From: Adineta vaga
Taxonomy: Eukaryota; Animalia; Rotifera
Length of the DNA stretch: 64,000 nucleotides
Reading direction: 5' to 3'
Assembly: GCA_021613535.1 (NCBI GenBank)
Contig: CP075493.1
Coordinates: 8,866,001 to 8,930,000, forward strand
The notes under the pieces were generated by a model that saw only the letters and a list, made by a program, of their open reading frames with translations, searched no databases and was not told the DNA's origin. Of this stretch, positions 42,854 through 55,719 are shown in pieces; the stretch's first letter is position 1, and every line of letters begins with the position of its first letter. A program made the translations under genes and the position numbers.

Positions 42854-45800
42854 TTAAAATATATCATCACATCTTGACCAATCTTGTTTCGCTTTACATT
42901 CCCAATATTCATTGGTATAGACATAAATTTCTGATTGAGTAAGGGAATCATATTGCTTTTTGAACCATTTCGATTTGTATAGATCTTGTCCGCCTGCTTC
43001 ACTTTCGCGTTGTTTTCGTACTTGACGTTGTTTTTCTTCGAGACGGAGTTTTTCTTGATTAGCTTCGTCCCAATGCGCTTCTTCCATAAAACGTTGATCT
43101 GGACGACGACGAGAATCCGTTGGAGCAACACCTGGTTCATCTTCGTTTAATTCAATTGCTAATTCAGTAAAATTATACATCTTTTCTAAATATGCTGGTG
43201 GCATTCGACGTTGCCATAAAACTTTCATATTATGTGTTTCCATATGATGAGAATGTGCATGACGATGCGATGGTGATTCAACCGGACCACCTTCAATTTT
43301 TTCCGTCCATGTACCTATAGAATCAAATGAATCCGTATGTATTGGAAAAGATATGAATCTTCTATTGTTAATTTACCGGATAAAACCCATCGAGCTTGAG
43401 AATTGGAATCAGTTATAACACCGGTAACTTTATGTGGAACATCTTTTGAAAAATAACTGTATTGAAAATATTTTAATTTACAAACATCTTTTGTTGTATG
43501 ATTAATAATATCCATTTCTCCAACCTAGATCATGTAGATAAGTAGAGATTTGTCAAATAAAACTTTATTCTTCTATACATACATTATCTATCCAAAGTTT
43601 ACCAACAATAATATTATTGACTAGTGTAGTCACTTTTTTCCAAGTAATATGATTACCAGTATTTTTAAATATTAGATGAGAATAACCTGAAGTAATTCGA
43701 ATAAATAAATAAGCAACCATTTTCAAATTTGCAGCTGTGTTTTCTGATAGAATACGAATCTCTCGAACTTACCTAATGGTGTCACACTCAAATATTGTCC
43801 TCGAAATTTCGAGCCCATTGTAAATTCTTGATACAAAGTCCATCCTTGACCTTCGGCATGTGTTGCTAAAGCGGGTGGATGATGACTAACTTGTTCTAAA
43901 AATTTAAAATATTTCCAATAAAAAACAATCTATTCAATTGGAACTATTACCAGCTAATGCTCTCCATCCTAAATCATCGGTTCTATCACATTCGTATGTT
44001 TCACCAAGTAATGGATTAAAAGGTTTATTAACTCGTGTAGCTGTAGTCGAATATGAAGAAACAGTAAATGCAGCAACATAAGCTAATTGTTCCCAATTAT
44101 CATTTATTTTTGCTGCGATATCAAGAACAGAACTATATTCCAATTCTTCTGTTATACGTTGTAACATGGAAATAGGTTCACTGAAATTAACGGGTACGGG
44201 TATTTTGGATAGATCTTTTCCCACACTATTTTTAATGATACTCCATAGATTAATACTAAAAAGAAAGAAAATCATATCAATTTGATGATAATACAAATAA
44301 TCAAGAATGAAAAACTAACCTAAAATTGGGCCGTTCAGGAATACGATCACGGCGTTTTCGTTTTGATACAGTTGTTTTCGAAGTGTTGTCTATAGACTTT
44401 GTAACATTTGTTACTGTTGTTTGAGCATTATTAGTTGCTTCTATTTTTTTCGATCCTGAACATCATGAAAATGATGATGATCTATTTTTAATTCAATGAA
44501 AATATTTCTACATACTTTTAACAATTACAACAGGTAATTTTTCTTTTTCTCGTTCTTCTGATTCACTTCCATCGTCATCGCCATTATCATCATCACATGA
44601 ACTAACATTATCATCAACAATTTTTGCTGATTGTTTCTCATTAGTTGATGCATGTTGCAATCTAAAGAAGATCACATGTATTTTTGCACATTAAAAATAG
44701 CTTATATCACATACGGAATACGAAAGACACTTTCAGCATCATGAAATTCATCACTATCGGATGAATAACTATCTTCATTTGGAGTACGAAGTTCCGATGA
44801 TTTAATTGAAGTTTTATCTTTTCGTGATGCACGTTGAATTTGTTTTTCTAATTTAGCACTTTGAGATGCTACTTGTTCACACATACGTTCCATACGTATA
44901 CGTGCATCACGTTCAAATTGAACGGCTTTTTGCCATTTACGACCTTGATTTTGAATCAATTGAACTATTTCTTGACACGCATTAAGCATTGCTTAAAATA
45001 ATGAAAACAAATCAGTCTAATAAACTTTCAATTTTTCTTTTACCTGTGGATGTAATTCGAAATAATGTTGCACGTTCATTAACACTTTTAATTGTATTAA
45101 TCGTTCCTTCTGATTTATCAATTTGTTCAAGATCAGCAAGGGTACGTTGAAGTGCTTGATAATGTCGATTTATTAAATCCATACACATTTTAAGATCTTC
45201 TAATTTCGCATCAAATGTTTTATTCATAGTTGCTAATTCAGTTCGTTCATTTGTACTTGGTGATTGTTTTCTTGGATTTAGTGAATTATTTTGTGTTTGA
45301 TGTTGTTGTTGTTGTTGTTGTTGAGATGTTTGTTGTTTAGTGAAATCATCTGCTGTCGAAATTTCTTCATCAGAATCATGAAATTGTTTTCGAACTTTTA
45401 TTGCTCTTTGTTTAGCTAATTGTAATGCATTCATCCAACGTTGTCCATCATTTTCATTTGATGTACGTAGATGTATAACAGTTGAACCATTCGAAATAAC
45501 AAAATGACATGAATCATCTGACGATAAATGCGCTGATTCAAGATAAACTGTTCCACGACATGTATGAGTCATTTCATCTTGTGAACGATAATAAGATAAT
45601 ACACCAGCTTGTAAAACAAACCATCGTTTTTGATAACCTTTTAAATACTAAAATCACAAAAAAAAACTCTTTTGACTATAAATGAAGATTTTCTTTCTTT
45701 ACATTTGTCCATTTATATAACCAACCACGAATTTCATCTTTTCCATTCGCAACTGATGGTGTTGTTGATTGCATATGTTGTGATTGAGATTGCATTGGTG

Positions 45801-46621
45801 GTGTAACAATACCAGTACCCATAGTACTTAAATTAGGTGAACTAGTCGTATTTTGCATTGTCGAAAGTATTGCCAAATTATTTGAAGGTAATGAAGTCAA
45901 TTGATTATCTATGAAAGATCAAAAACAAAATAGGAATGAACAATATTTATTGAAATAATCGAATTTACCGAGATCTTTATTTGTAGAACTGATGGATATT
46001 TCTGATGGAGAGTTTGTTTGTGGATTCAACTTAACTGTTGCATCAACATTATCGGGAGTATTCAAATCCGAATTACTATCAGTAGTGTTTTTGTTAATGT
46101 TGTTATTTGAGTCTGAAAAATCGAAAGAAAGTCTCTTTTTGTATTTTTACATATATATTCAATGAGCAGCTGTGATAATAATTCTCATTGGTAAAATCAA
46201 GCAATTCAATAGCGCAAGGAAGTCTTTTGTATGTTTTCGTCTCATTTTTATCTGTTCTATTGTTGATATTGTCAACACACTTATTATGATTACATATGTC
46301 ATGCCTGAATGCATGTATAGAATATAATATTACCATATGTTTCAAATGAAGACAGATGAGCATATTGAAATTGAGAAGATGGAAAGCAGAAATCTTGTTA
46401 GAAGTTATTCACAAAGTGATCAAATGCAAAAAAAATGTCTATAGAATCTTGTAAAATCAATATTATATTTGAAATCAGAATAGAAAGAAAAAAGAAGAAA
46501 AAGAACAATTTCAACACGTACAATGATGATGCTGTGTGGAATCAAGTGTATATCGTTTATGACGTCGTCCGATGAATCGTGGTCGACATCTCGAAACAAT
46601 CTTGCGCATACGATGTGGCAT
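42854..46621 (-). CDS. OSBP: Oxysterol-binding protein (PH + FFAT + ORD)
   Basis: PH domain GWLYKWTNYLKGYQKRWFVL, FFAT-like DEFHDAE, NLWSIIKNSVGKDLSKIPVPVNFSEP, KPFNPLLGETYE, EQVSHHPP, APTDSRRRPDQR and C-terminal WSRCDDIF*. The first exon (ATG 46621) is inferred by phase. Confidence 0.92.
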
Positions 46622-47193
46622 CTTTTTTTAGTTTAGTTATCAACGACAAAAGAAATGAAGAAGAATAAGAGAAAGAGTCAAAGACTACGACAGAAATAAA
46701 GAAGAATAGACCAAGGCAAATAACAAGTGAGTAGACTGAGATAGAGTACGAAGGCGGTTGTATGGAAGAAAGGTTCGAAAAAAACACATACAGAACGTGT
46801 TCTTCTTCGTCTTCTTTTTTTCTTGTTCTTGTTCTTTTTTTTATTCGAAAAATATCTTACGACATTTGAAAGTCTATCAAACAAAGACTATTTTGTTTGA
46901 ATGAAAAACAAGATTACAAAGTATACATGTAGAGATACTGAAAGATGATGATAAATGTTAGTATTACGCCAAATTACGTTTTTATTTTCATTCATAATAG
47001 AAACAAACTCTATTCAGTTTCAGTTTTCCGTAATTAATACACATTTTCTTTAATTGAATATTAAAGAACATTTCTTTTGTTTAACATCATATATCCGCAG
47101 AGACAAACAACAGAATCTTATCTCTAAAGGCTCTGCTAGTAAAGAAATGTAACAGGTTTTCTTTTTTTATTAATGGAAATATGGTGCTATATA

Positions 47194-47229
47194 GAAGAAG
47201 AAGAAGAAGAAGAAGTAGAAGAAGTAGAA
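47194..47229. repeat. Imperfect (GAA)n microsatellite
   Basis: gaagaagaagaagaagaagaagtagaagaagtagaa read directly from the sequence. Confidence 0.85.
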
Positions 47230-48341
47230 TATGATCGGATTAGTTCTTTTTTATTCTCATGACATAAATCTCAAGAGAAGGCAAAACGTACAGTCGATTC
47301 TTTTGTTAACTAGTATTCAATGACTATGTTAAGTGTTCGTTTTTTGCTTACCTACCTTTTCTATTGGAGTGTAGTAATGAAAAATAATCAGATGATTTAT
47401 AAAAATAGTGACTACAAATGATCTAAAAGGAAAAGATATGAATTTATAGAGTATCGATTGCAGTTCGAAGATATGAATTTTTTTAATTTGTTTATCTTAG
47501 AATACAACATGTTTTGTGATATTCACAATCAATTCATGGGCCAAACGTTGATGATAAACTTTTGTTTGAATTTAAAATATAGTAAACCAAATAATTAGTT
47601 TTTTTTCTTCTGTATTGAAGTGTATTTGATAATTTTAAACCTTGAATTCAGTTCAGTTGAATGATTAACAATTAATGTTGAGTTTAAAATGTAATGTCCG
47701 TTATTATTCTAAAGAAAAGACGAAATAAAATTTATCAAACAGAAAAATTCGATGATTGTTACTTGTGAATCATTTATAATCATCTCATCTTCTTTCCAAA
47801 CTTATGATACGCAATTACATTAAAACATTACGCCTGAAGTTTAACAAAAACGAACATGTATTAACGTACCTTCGAATCTTAGTTGGAGAAAAGACATCTG
47901 ACCATAATTATTCTAATATATATATAATAACAAAAGCAAATATGAATTAAAATGTCAATGATAGATTTCTTACATGTAATATAAACGTTTCAATACTGTT
48001 CTATCCTATTCAGAATTGATAATGTATGTATTGGAAGATAATATAATTCAATAATCTCTAAAGATCATTTCTTCATGTTAAAATAAACATTGAATGTTTG
48101 TCTGTTGATGAGAGAAAAGTTACATCTGAAAAGAAGAAGGATCTGTTTTTTTGTTTAATTTTTTTAAATATCTGATAAATTTTTCTGAGCATATAATATA
48201 TGTCAAGCTGGATTAATGTTGTTAGTGTTTTTTTTTAAAGAAGAACGAAAAAAAAACGAGAACACCGGAATAGAAAAAAAAGGAGAAGGTAGATGAGTCT
48301 ATTCCTCTTCATGTTTATATACAGATGTTTTGGATCATAAA

Positions 48342-51194
48342 TTATTCGTTTGGCACTATTGTTGTTGTAGTTATCGTTGTTGTTTTTCGATAGACTTCAC
48401 CAGTATTATTATCATTACTTGTTTGTGCCTGTAGTAAGAAGAAAAAGAAAATTAAAAGTTAATGATCTGTAATGAATTCGATGTTTATTCGTAGATTTAT
48501 TATGAAATATCTGTACTATCTGGCACAGTGAAGCAGGAAAATGATTTCTTCTTCATATGCTATTTGGCATTTTCGATTAGGAAAATGTATCTACAGGTAA
48601 TACGTCTTTAGAAAGACTATGACTATTTCATTAAATTTGTTATCTTTGAAATAATGCTGATGAGAAAATGAAACATATGACATTTTGAAGGGAGTAGGAT
48701 CGATGAGAGCATTTTCTATAGTTTAATTAAGAGGAATTTTTGTAATTTCATTCAATCTTATTTAATGAAAAATGACTCTTGGTGATATAAAAGAATTTTT
48801 TTTATGTATCACAATTTGTCGATGTCAAATTCTGACAACTAAGATCCATAAATTCAGTACTTTGTTCATCAATAATTTTTCTACGTTTTCTAAGAATCCG
48901 TGTTTCTTATCCCTCAAAACAATGTCGAATCATTTGAGAATATTGAATTCAAGTTTCAGATTACAAAATAATGCGTAGGTGTACAGCAATGAATGCACGT
49001 TCATTTTGCTATCTAGACTCTCATAACGGTTTTTAGCCATTTTCTAGCATAGCAAACGACGTATTTATATAAAGAAGCAAGACTTCTCAAATTATTAAAC
49101 TTGAGAACATGCATCATTCAAGAATCTATTTAGGTTTCAATGTACACAAAGAAAAAACTGACCTTTGTAAGGATACGAAGTTCTCTTATGAATAAACCCT
49201 GATAAATAGAGCAATGAATATACGATAAAAACTCGATGATACATGTTAATTTCAGAGAAAAATGAAGAAGAACGTCTTACCGTTGGTGTTTCTTCAATTG
49301 TTTCAACAACTGTAACTGTTTGTGGTTCTGTAATTGGATCAAAAGTAAAATTATCTTTATATCGTGATAGACTCAAGGCAAATGCAATCGATGGATCATC
49401 TATAACTAATAATTCTCCAAGCTTAAATCAAAAAGAAAAAATTTCTAAAGACAAAAAGAAAACTTATTTGAATACGTTTACTTTAAATTGCAATGCATGA
49501 TCAAAGAAAAATTCATCTTCTGCACTAACTAATGGTGTTTCATATGTTAATTGATATGGAATATTAAATAGTGATGTATCCGTTTCTACCAATGGTAATT
49601 TAAAACATCGAAATATTGCTGAAACAAACTTGGTTTTGCCAATAGCTTTCTGAATCTCCTCATTTGCTATTACGTATGGTTTAGCAGTAACCAAACGTGG
49701 TTGAGTAAAACCTGCTTCTGTTGCATATAAAATTAAATCTTCCCAGCGAAGTGCACCACCAATATATTCACCTAGATATTTTCAATACAGACAATATCAT
49801 AACTTTTACTGAGTACAAATGAACTCTCTTACCAGATAATACTTCTTGATGTTCGACAGGTATTGGCCGATTCACATAAACATCTGAAAAATAAAACTCT
49901 CCGCCCGGCTAAAAAAAATTGTACACAAAATTTAATTTATTCAAGAAGTGTATATACGAAATGTTTACCTTAAGAATCTTGCAAGCACCTTCAATAATAG
50001 CCTTTTTATCTCTTTTATAATTAACAACACTATTTGATCTAGATATAAATTAAGAAATGTATTCAGGCTTAAAAATGATCTTTTTTTTACTAACACAACC
50101 ACATCAATCGAATTTTCTTTCAATTTTGTTTTTTCTAATTGATCAATTTCACCGTTAATAAATTCTATATTGACTTTAGATAAACCAAATTTTTTTATAT
50201 GATAATCAATATGGTCACGAGCAAATTGCAACTAAAAAGACAATAAATTATTTTCTTTTCTATTCAAATTTACATAATGTTGAATGCATATCAACGAACA
50301 ATCCAATACTCGCCCAAATTAAATGTTTAAAGATACTTCAAATCGATTGAAGTACTGTATGAACTGATTTCAGAGGAAATCAGTAATGTTTACATTACCT
50401 ATTAGCAAGGTCGTAAGTAGACGAAGGATCGGTTTCCAAGGAGACGTCAACACACATTTGAAATGTGATACGAATAAACCAATCTCGTGAAATCAACAAG
50501 TACTTTTCGAAATATAAATCATTTGAAAACGTTTTTCTATGAAATAGGACGTTCTTTAACAAACTATCAGAAGCGATTTGCATTAATTATCATATATTCT
50601 AATGGTTTCTTTTGAATTTGAAAAGAAAATTTTCGTCTCTCTTTAAACTTTAAGACTGATTAACAGCAGACAAATAATATTTATGTGGGTTCTTAAAAAA
50701 CCTTTCTCAACTCTTCATTAGTTTGAATTCGTATAATATGATTTTCTAATATATTATATATTTACTTGATCTTTGTCTGAATCAACTCCATGGACATGGC
50801 CATGTTCTCGGACAAGTTTGGATAAAATAAAAACATCACGACCAACTCCACATCCAAGATCAACGACCGTGCAACCTTCTAACTTTGGTGGAAATAAAAC
50901 AAAATTTGATTGATGTGATCTAAATATGAGATGCGAAAAAAAAGAAGTAAATGTAAATTTTTCTCATTGATTTCGTCGAGTAGTTCATTCGAAAACAAAC
51001 TTTGATATAACATCTGGATGGATTTGATCAATAATAGCATTTAAAATACTTGGTGTATGTAAAAGTTTGGGTTTCATTCGTGAAAAATGATCCGTTTCGG
51101 ATGTATCGTCTTCTTCTTCTTCTTCAACACTATACGTTGCTTCGGTTTCATTTCCTTGATTTTCAAGCGATTTCGGTTCAGTCGATGACGCCAT
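48342..51194 (-). CDS. AS3MT: Arsenite methyltransferase-like SAM-dependent methyltransferase (catalytic cysteines substituted)
   Basis: IHPDVISK, LEGCTVVDLGCGVGRDVFILSKLV, HIKKFG, ENSIDVVVSNSVVN, KPGGEFYFSDVY, GGALRWEDL, GFTQPRLV, FVSAIFRCFKL, FFFDHALQF and SRYKDNF. Last exon 48342-48428. Confidence 0.85.
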
Positions 51195-52704
51195 CGTTTT
51201 CTTTTGCGCAATTGATCTATAGCAAAATAGAATACATAAGATTTCTTCTTATTTTCGACAACAATGAGTGGGTTTTTATCTCTTGATAAAAGAAAACATA
51301 ATAATAGTCAAAGAAAAGCGAAATCTCATGTATCGTACATATCTATATTTTTTTGGAAAAAATATATTAAGAACATTTTTTCTTTTCTGCTTCTTCATCT
51401 TCGTCTGATGTTATTTATTAACCAATCTTTGATGTTCGAGTGACATCTATAAATATTCATAAATTTGTTTATTTTGTTTTCCAAAAGAATCCTTTCATAA
51501 AAATCGATTCTTTTGTAAAAGAAAATCATAAATTTAAAATAAATTCTATTTGCAATAACAACACTTTTCATTGGTGGAATAGCATCAATTGTTTACGATT
51601 ATTTTTTTCTTCTCTATTCATCTTTTGTCAGCTCTATCAACAATTCATATCAATCATGGTTAACCATACTCAACTAAGAAATACTTCTTTTCGTTTTTAG
51701 AATAAGTCTTTCAATAAAAAAAATCGATAGTTTTTAATATGATTCGTGTAGAGGTAAGGACAGAAATAAGTTTAATCTCTGATAAGATGATTAAGATGGA
51801 TATTGGCTTTGAGTAGTTATTTTTTTTCGACATTTTTTTATAAATAATAGGATCTTGTTGACGTCACACCTTCGATATTAATTGTTTAGAATTATTATTT
51901 ACAATCGTAAAGTGAAGTAAAATTATCATTATTTGTTACATTTTTCTTTCTATAATTGACATTTTGCCAATTCAAATCTTATTTAAACATGAATCGAATT
52001 CATTTTTGACATTTTTTATTTATTGATTACATAGGAAAAAGAAAATACAATTCTTTCCATTTCCTTTATTAACCTACTCACTAGAGTCTAATGAGTGGCA
52101 TGTGGACATCGAGACATAAAATAAAATGAATTTTTCTTTTTCCTCTTACATTCACAGAAATGAATGAAAAAAGAAAGAAAAATCGAACGTGTTAACTATT
52201 GGTCATTTCATTATGTTCTATTCAATACATAATCGACCTGAAAAGAAGAAGAAAAAAGACACGTATAGGTCATAGTTCGTTCAAATGAGACATGGAAAAA
52301 TATCTGACATTTTGTTGCTTTTTTTTCTGACGTAAGAATACAATTTTTTTGCAATGAAAACAAATGACGATGTATATATGTATAAAATATTTCGCTAATC
52401 ATCGTACTGTTATGTTGAATGACCCTTGAGAGTATGAAACATCTGATTTAAGAATTCTATTTCTTTTTTTTTCTAGATCAGTTTCAAATTATTTATAGAA
52501 GGGAAATTTATGAGACGTCTGTTTACTAATTCATGTAACTTTAAAAATGATGTGAGAATAACAATAATTTATAGATCTAGTGCCATTTGAATGACATTGT
52601 TATTGTTTATTCAGATTTTATGAATTCAATTACTTCCTTCTATCGATAGACTAGATATGAGTATGCTAAAATGCATTTATTAATATATAATTTATATTTT
52701 AGAT

Positions 52705-53967
52705 ATGACACGCGAAATTGTCACTTTACAAATCGGCAACTATGCTAATAATGTTGGTGTCCATTTTTGGAATCATCTGGATGTTGAACAATCAAATAAT
52801 AATACATTAATTGATTATAATACCTATTATACATTTAATAAAAAGACGAATATTCCATCACCTCGTGTATTAATTATTGATTATCGAAATACATTTGGTA
52901 ATTTATTAGATGAAAAAGAAAAGTATCTTCCACAAGAAAGAAATGATCCATCAATTGAAATCATTCAACGGTCAACAGAAACAAACTTTTGGTCAAATAA
53001 ATTACGAACACGAGCAAAATTTCATGCAAAATCTTTAATACCATTAGTAGATCATTGGTATTCACCAAATCCGGAAGAAAATCATTTCGATATCTATCCA
53101 ATAGGTCAACAACTCTACAAGACCATGTATGATCAGATTGAACATTCATTACATTATTTATTAGAATCTTGTGATTCTTTACAAAGTTTTCGTTGTTTAT
53201 ACGATGTTAATAATAGTTTTTCTGGTTTATTTACTTCCATTCAAGATTATTTACAAGAAGAATGTCCCAAACAACCAATGTGGTCGTTTGGTCTTGGAAA
53301 TCAATCAACCGAATTGAATCTGTTATCATCATTGATTCATTCATTAAATGAAAATCAAATGCCAACATTAACATGTTTAGATTCACCGGATACTTATCAA
53401 TTAGGTTTAGCGATTCAACATTCATTAATATCATCGAATATTACACTTGATCTTCTTGCTGATCGTTTATGTCCAATGAAGAAAAACTTTTTGAATCTAT
53501 TATGGAAAGTTCCATTTGAATTAAATCATGAAACATTATTTCAATATTTTGAAAATTCGGCCAATGAAAATTTATTTCCAATGACTCATCCACTTGCTTG
53601 TCATTATTTTCTTCGTGGAATTGAACGAACTCAATTATATAATCGATCTTTGTATAATTTGAATATCGAAACAGCTGGAGATTTAATCGCAACTTATCTA
53701 CAAGAACAATATGGTTCGAAAATATTCATATCAACTGATTCATGGAGAGAGAAATATGATCATATGTCAATATTAACTGGTTTAATCAATGATGAGACTT
53801 ATTCATTTGAATTTTTTGATAATTTACTAATGAAAATGAAAAAAATGAAATATAAATTATTATCAAAACGTTGGGAAGAAAATGATTTCGATGAGGAAAT
53901 GTATGAACAATTAATGAACGAATTGAGAAATTTACACGAACAGTATCAAATGAATACGTTCGGATAA
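52705..53967 (+). CDS. MSTO1: Misato (tubulin/FtsZ-like mitochondrial distribution regulator), single coding exon
   Basis: MTREIVTLQIGNYANNVGVHFWN, PRVLIID, FWS..LR..FHAKS, ESCDSLQSF and FSG...EECPK. Confidence 0.9.
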   Translation: MTREIVTLQIGNYANNVGVHFWNHLDVEQSNNNTLIDYNTYYTFNKKTNIPSPRVLIIDYRNTFGNLLDEKEKYLPQERNDPSIEIIQRSTETNFWSNKLRTRAKFHAKSLIPLVDHWYSPNPEENHFDIYPIGQQLYKTMYDQIEHSLHYLLESCDSLQSFRCLYDVNNSFSGLFTSIQDYLQEECPKQPMWSFGLGNQSTELNLLSSLIHSLNENQMPTLTCLDSPDTYQLGLAIQHSLISSNITLDLLADRLCPMKKNFLNLLWKVPFELNHETLFQYFENSANENLFPMTHPLACHYFLRGIERTQLYNRSLYNLNIETAGDLIATYLQEQYGSKIFISTDSWREKYDHMSILTGLINDETYSFEFFDNLLMKMKKMKYKLLSKRWEENDFDEEMYEQLMNELRNLHEQYQMNTFG

Positions 53968-55719
53968 AATCCACGGTGTTTTGTTTTGTTTTTGTTTTGT
54001 TTTTTTACACATGCATTTATAAGATCTGTTATAAAATATTCGTCATCGTTTTTTACTATTTCAGATTGAATATTTTTTTTATTTGAATGTGCGTGTATCA
54101 TCCAGTTGGGGACGGTCAAGTTTTCTAGTCGTCGAATCAAATTTCATATAAAGGTAATTGAACATAAAAAATTTTTTTTTAAACAATCTATGATTTTGTT
54201 CGTATGAAAATAGTTATAAGAATAGAAACTTATTCTCTGACTAACTACGAAAGCATATTTGTGAATGATATTAGTTGAATTAATTTGTTTACTCATTGAT
54301 CATAGGCCGAAATTCAATGTTTTTTTCTCATGCGATTAAATACCCTTTAGTTAATTATTCTTGTGGCGTAGAACTGAAGAACTCATTGCGAGAAAAACAT
54401 AATAGAATAGACGAATAGGACATAAATAGTCTACGTATATATACGAGTATGTCAAACGTTGAGTGACGAGAAAAAGAAATATTACAATAATAATCTAAGA
54501 TAAGAATAAAGCATGATCAACATATCATTTCATTGAGACGTAGAGAAAAAACTCTTCGACTATTATTTCATCAAACACTGCGACCGATTTTCAAGAGGTC
54601 TTTGTTCTATAGCTAGAGGCATTCGGATCTAAAATCTAACTCTTTAGCTTGATCCAATGGAGAAAAAAATCATGAAGAAAAATAATAACTTTAATCTCTG
54701 TTGCTTTATTCAGAAAACACAGTGTAATGTTGATTTTTTAAACAGAGAAAAAAAAATAGACGAGCACACGTTTCTATTAGATTTAAATAAATAGTCTATA
54801 TGATTTGTTATTCTATCTGTAGAATATGTTATATGAATATCACACTTTTTTTCTTGTGTTAATTGCTGAAGAATAGTGTAGTAAAAAAAGTATATGAAAT
54901 TCACTGAGCAGATGGCTACATATATTCTTACTTATTATATTCAATAGAAAAAAAGATGACAAGCAAAATAGAAAGCAATTTCTACCAACAGCTGATGGAA
55001 TATTTCTTTCTCTCTCTCTCTCCCTCTCTGTCGGTTTTTTCTCGACGATATATATGGGTAGGCAAAAAAAACTAAATGACACGAATAGAGAAAACTCATA
55101 ACAGTGTTGATGGTGATCGTGGCGTTAAATGAAGCGGGCCGCGAGACACAAACAAAGAAAAAAGTATCGTTGCTGAGTGTGTGCGTATGTGCTGATTGAA
55201 AAGCAAGAGATAAAAGAAAAAGACAACGATCAGCGTTAATAGCGGGTCTGTTGCTCTGAAACTCGATCCTTTATCTATCTGGTGACTCTAGTGTCGTAGA
55301 GATATGTTGAACAAGTAGTTTTCTTCTTCGTCTTTATTGTCGTCGCCTTCGTCGTCGTCGTCATTTTCCCCCTTCTTTTGTCATTCGTTGAGAACATCTT
55401 GCGGAGAAAGGAAAAGAAACCGGCATCTCTAAGCGTGAGCAAACAATGTTGATGTTGTGTAGTTCAATCGCTCTCGTTCTTATTCTTTTATAATTGTGTA
55501 GTAAGTATACGCACATTCACACACGCATATATATATATGAAAGAATTTCTGATATAATAAATAAAATGATTTATCATTTTCATGAGAAAAAAAATCGAGT
55601 GCTGATATTTCCTTACAATAGTGAATATTAATATCTTCGGGATGCTTTGGTTTTCTTAAAGTTTTCTTTTTCTTTGCTCTAGGTCTTTCCTCTTCTCGAG
55701 CTGATATTCGTCTACTCCA

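Noticed and set aside
48342-49400. Possible selenocysteine or readthrough in the AS3MT-like gene
   Set aside because: No in-frame TGA at cysteine positions; the gene ends in TAA.
52072-52098. Short imperfect hairpin (ACTCACTAGA/TCTAATGAGT)
   Set aside because: Too short and isolated to support an RNA gene or MITE.
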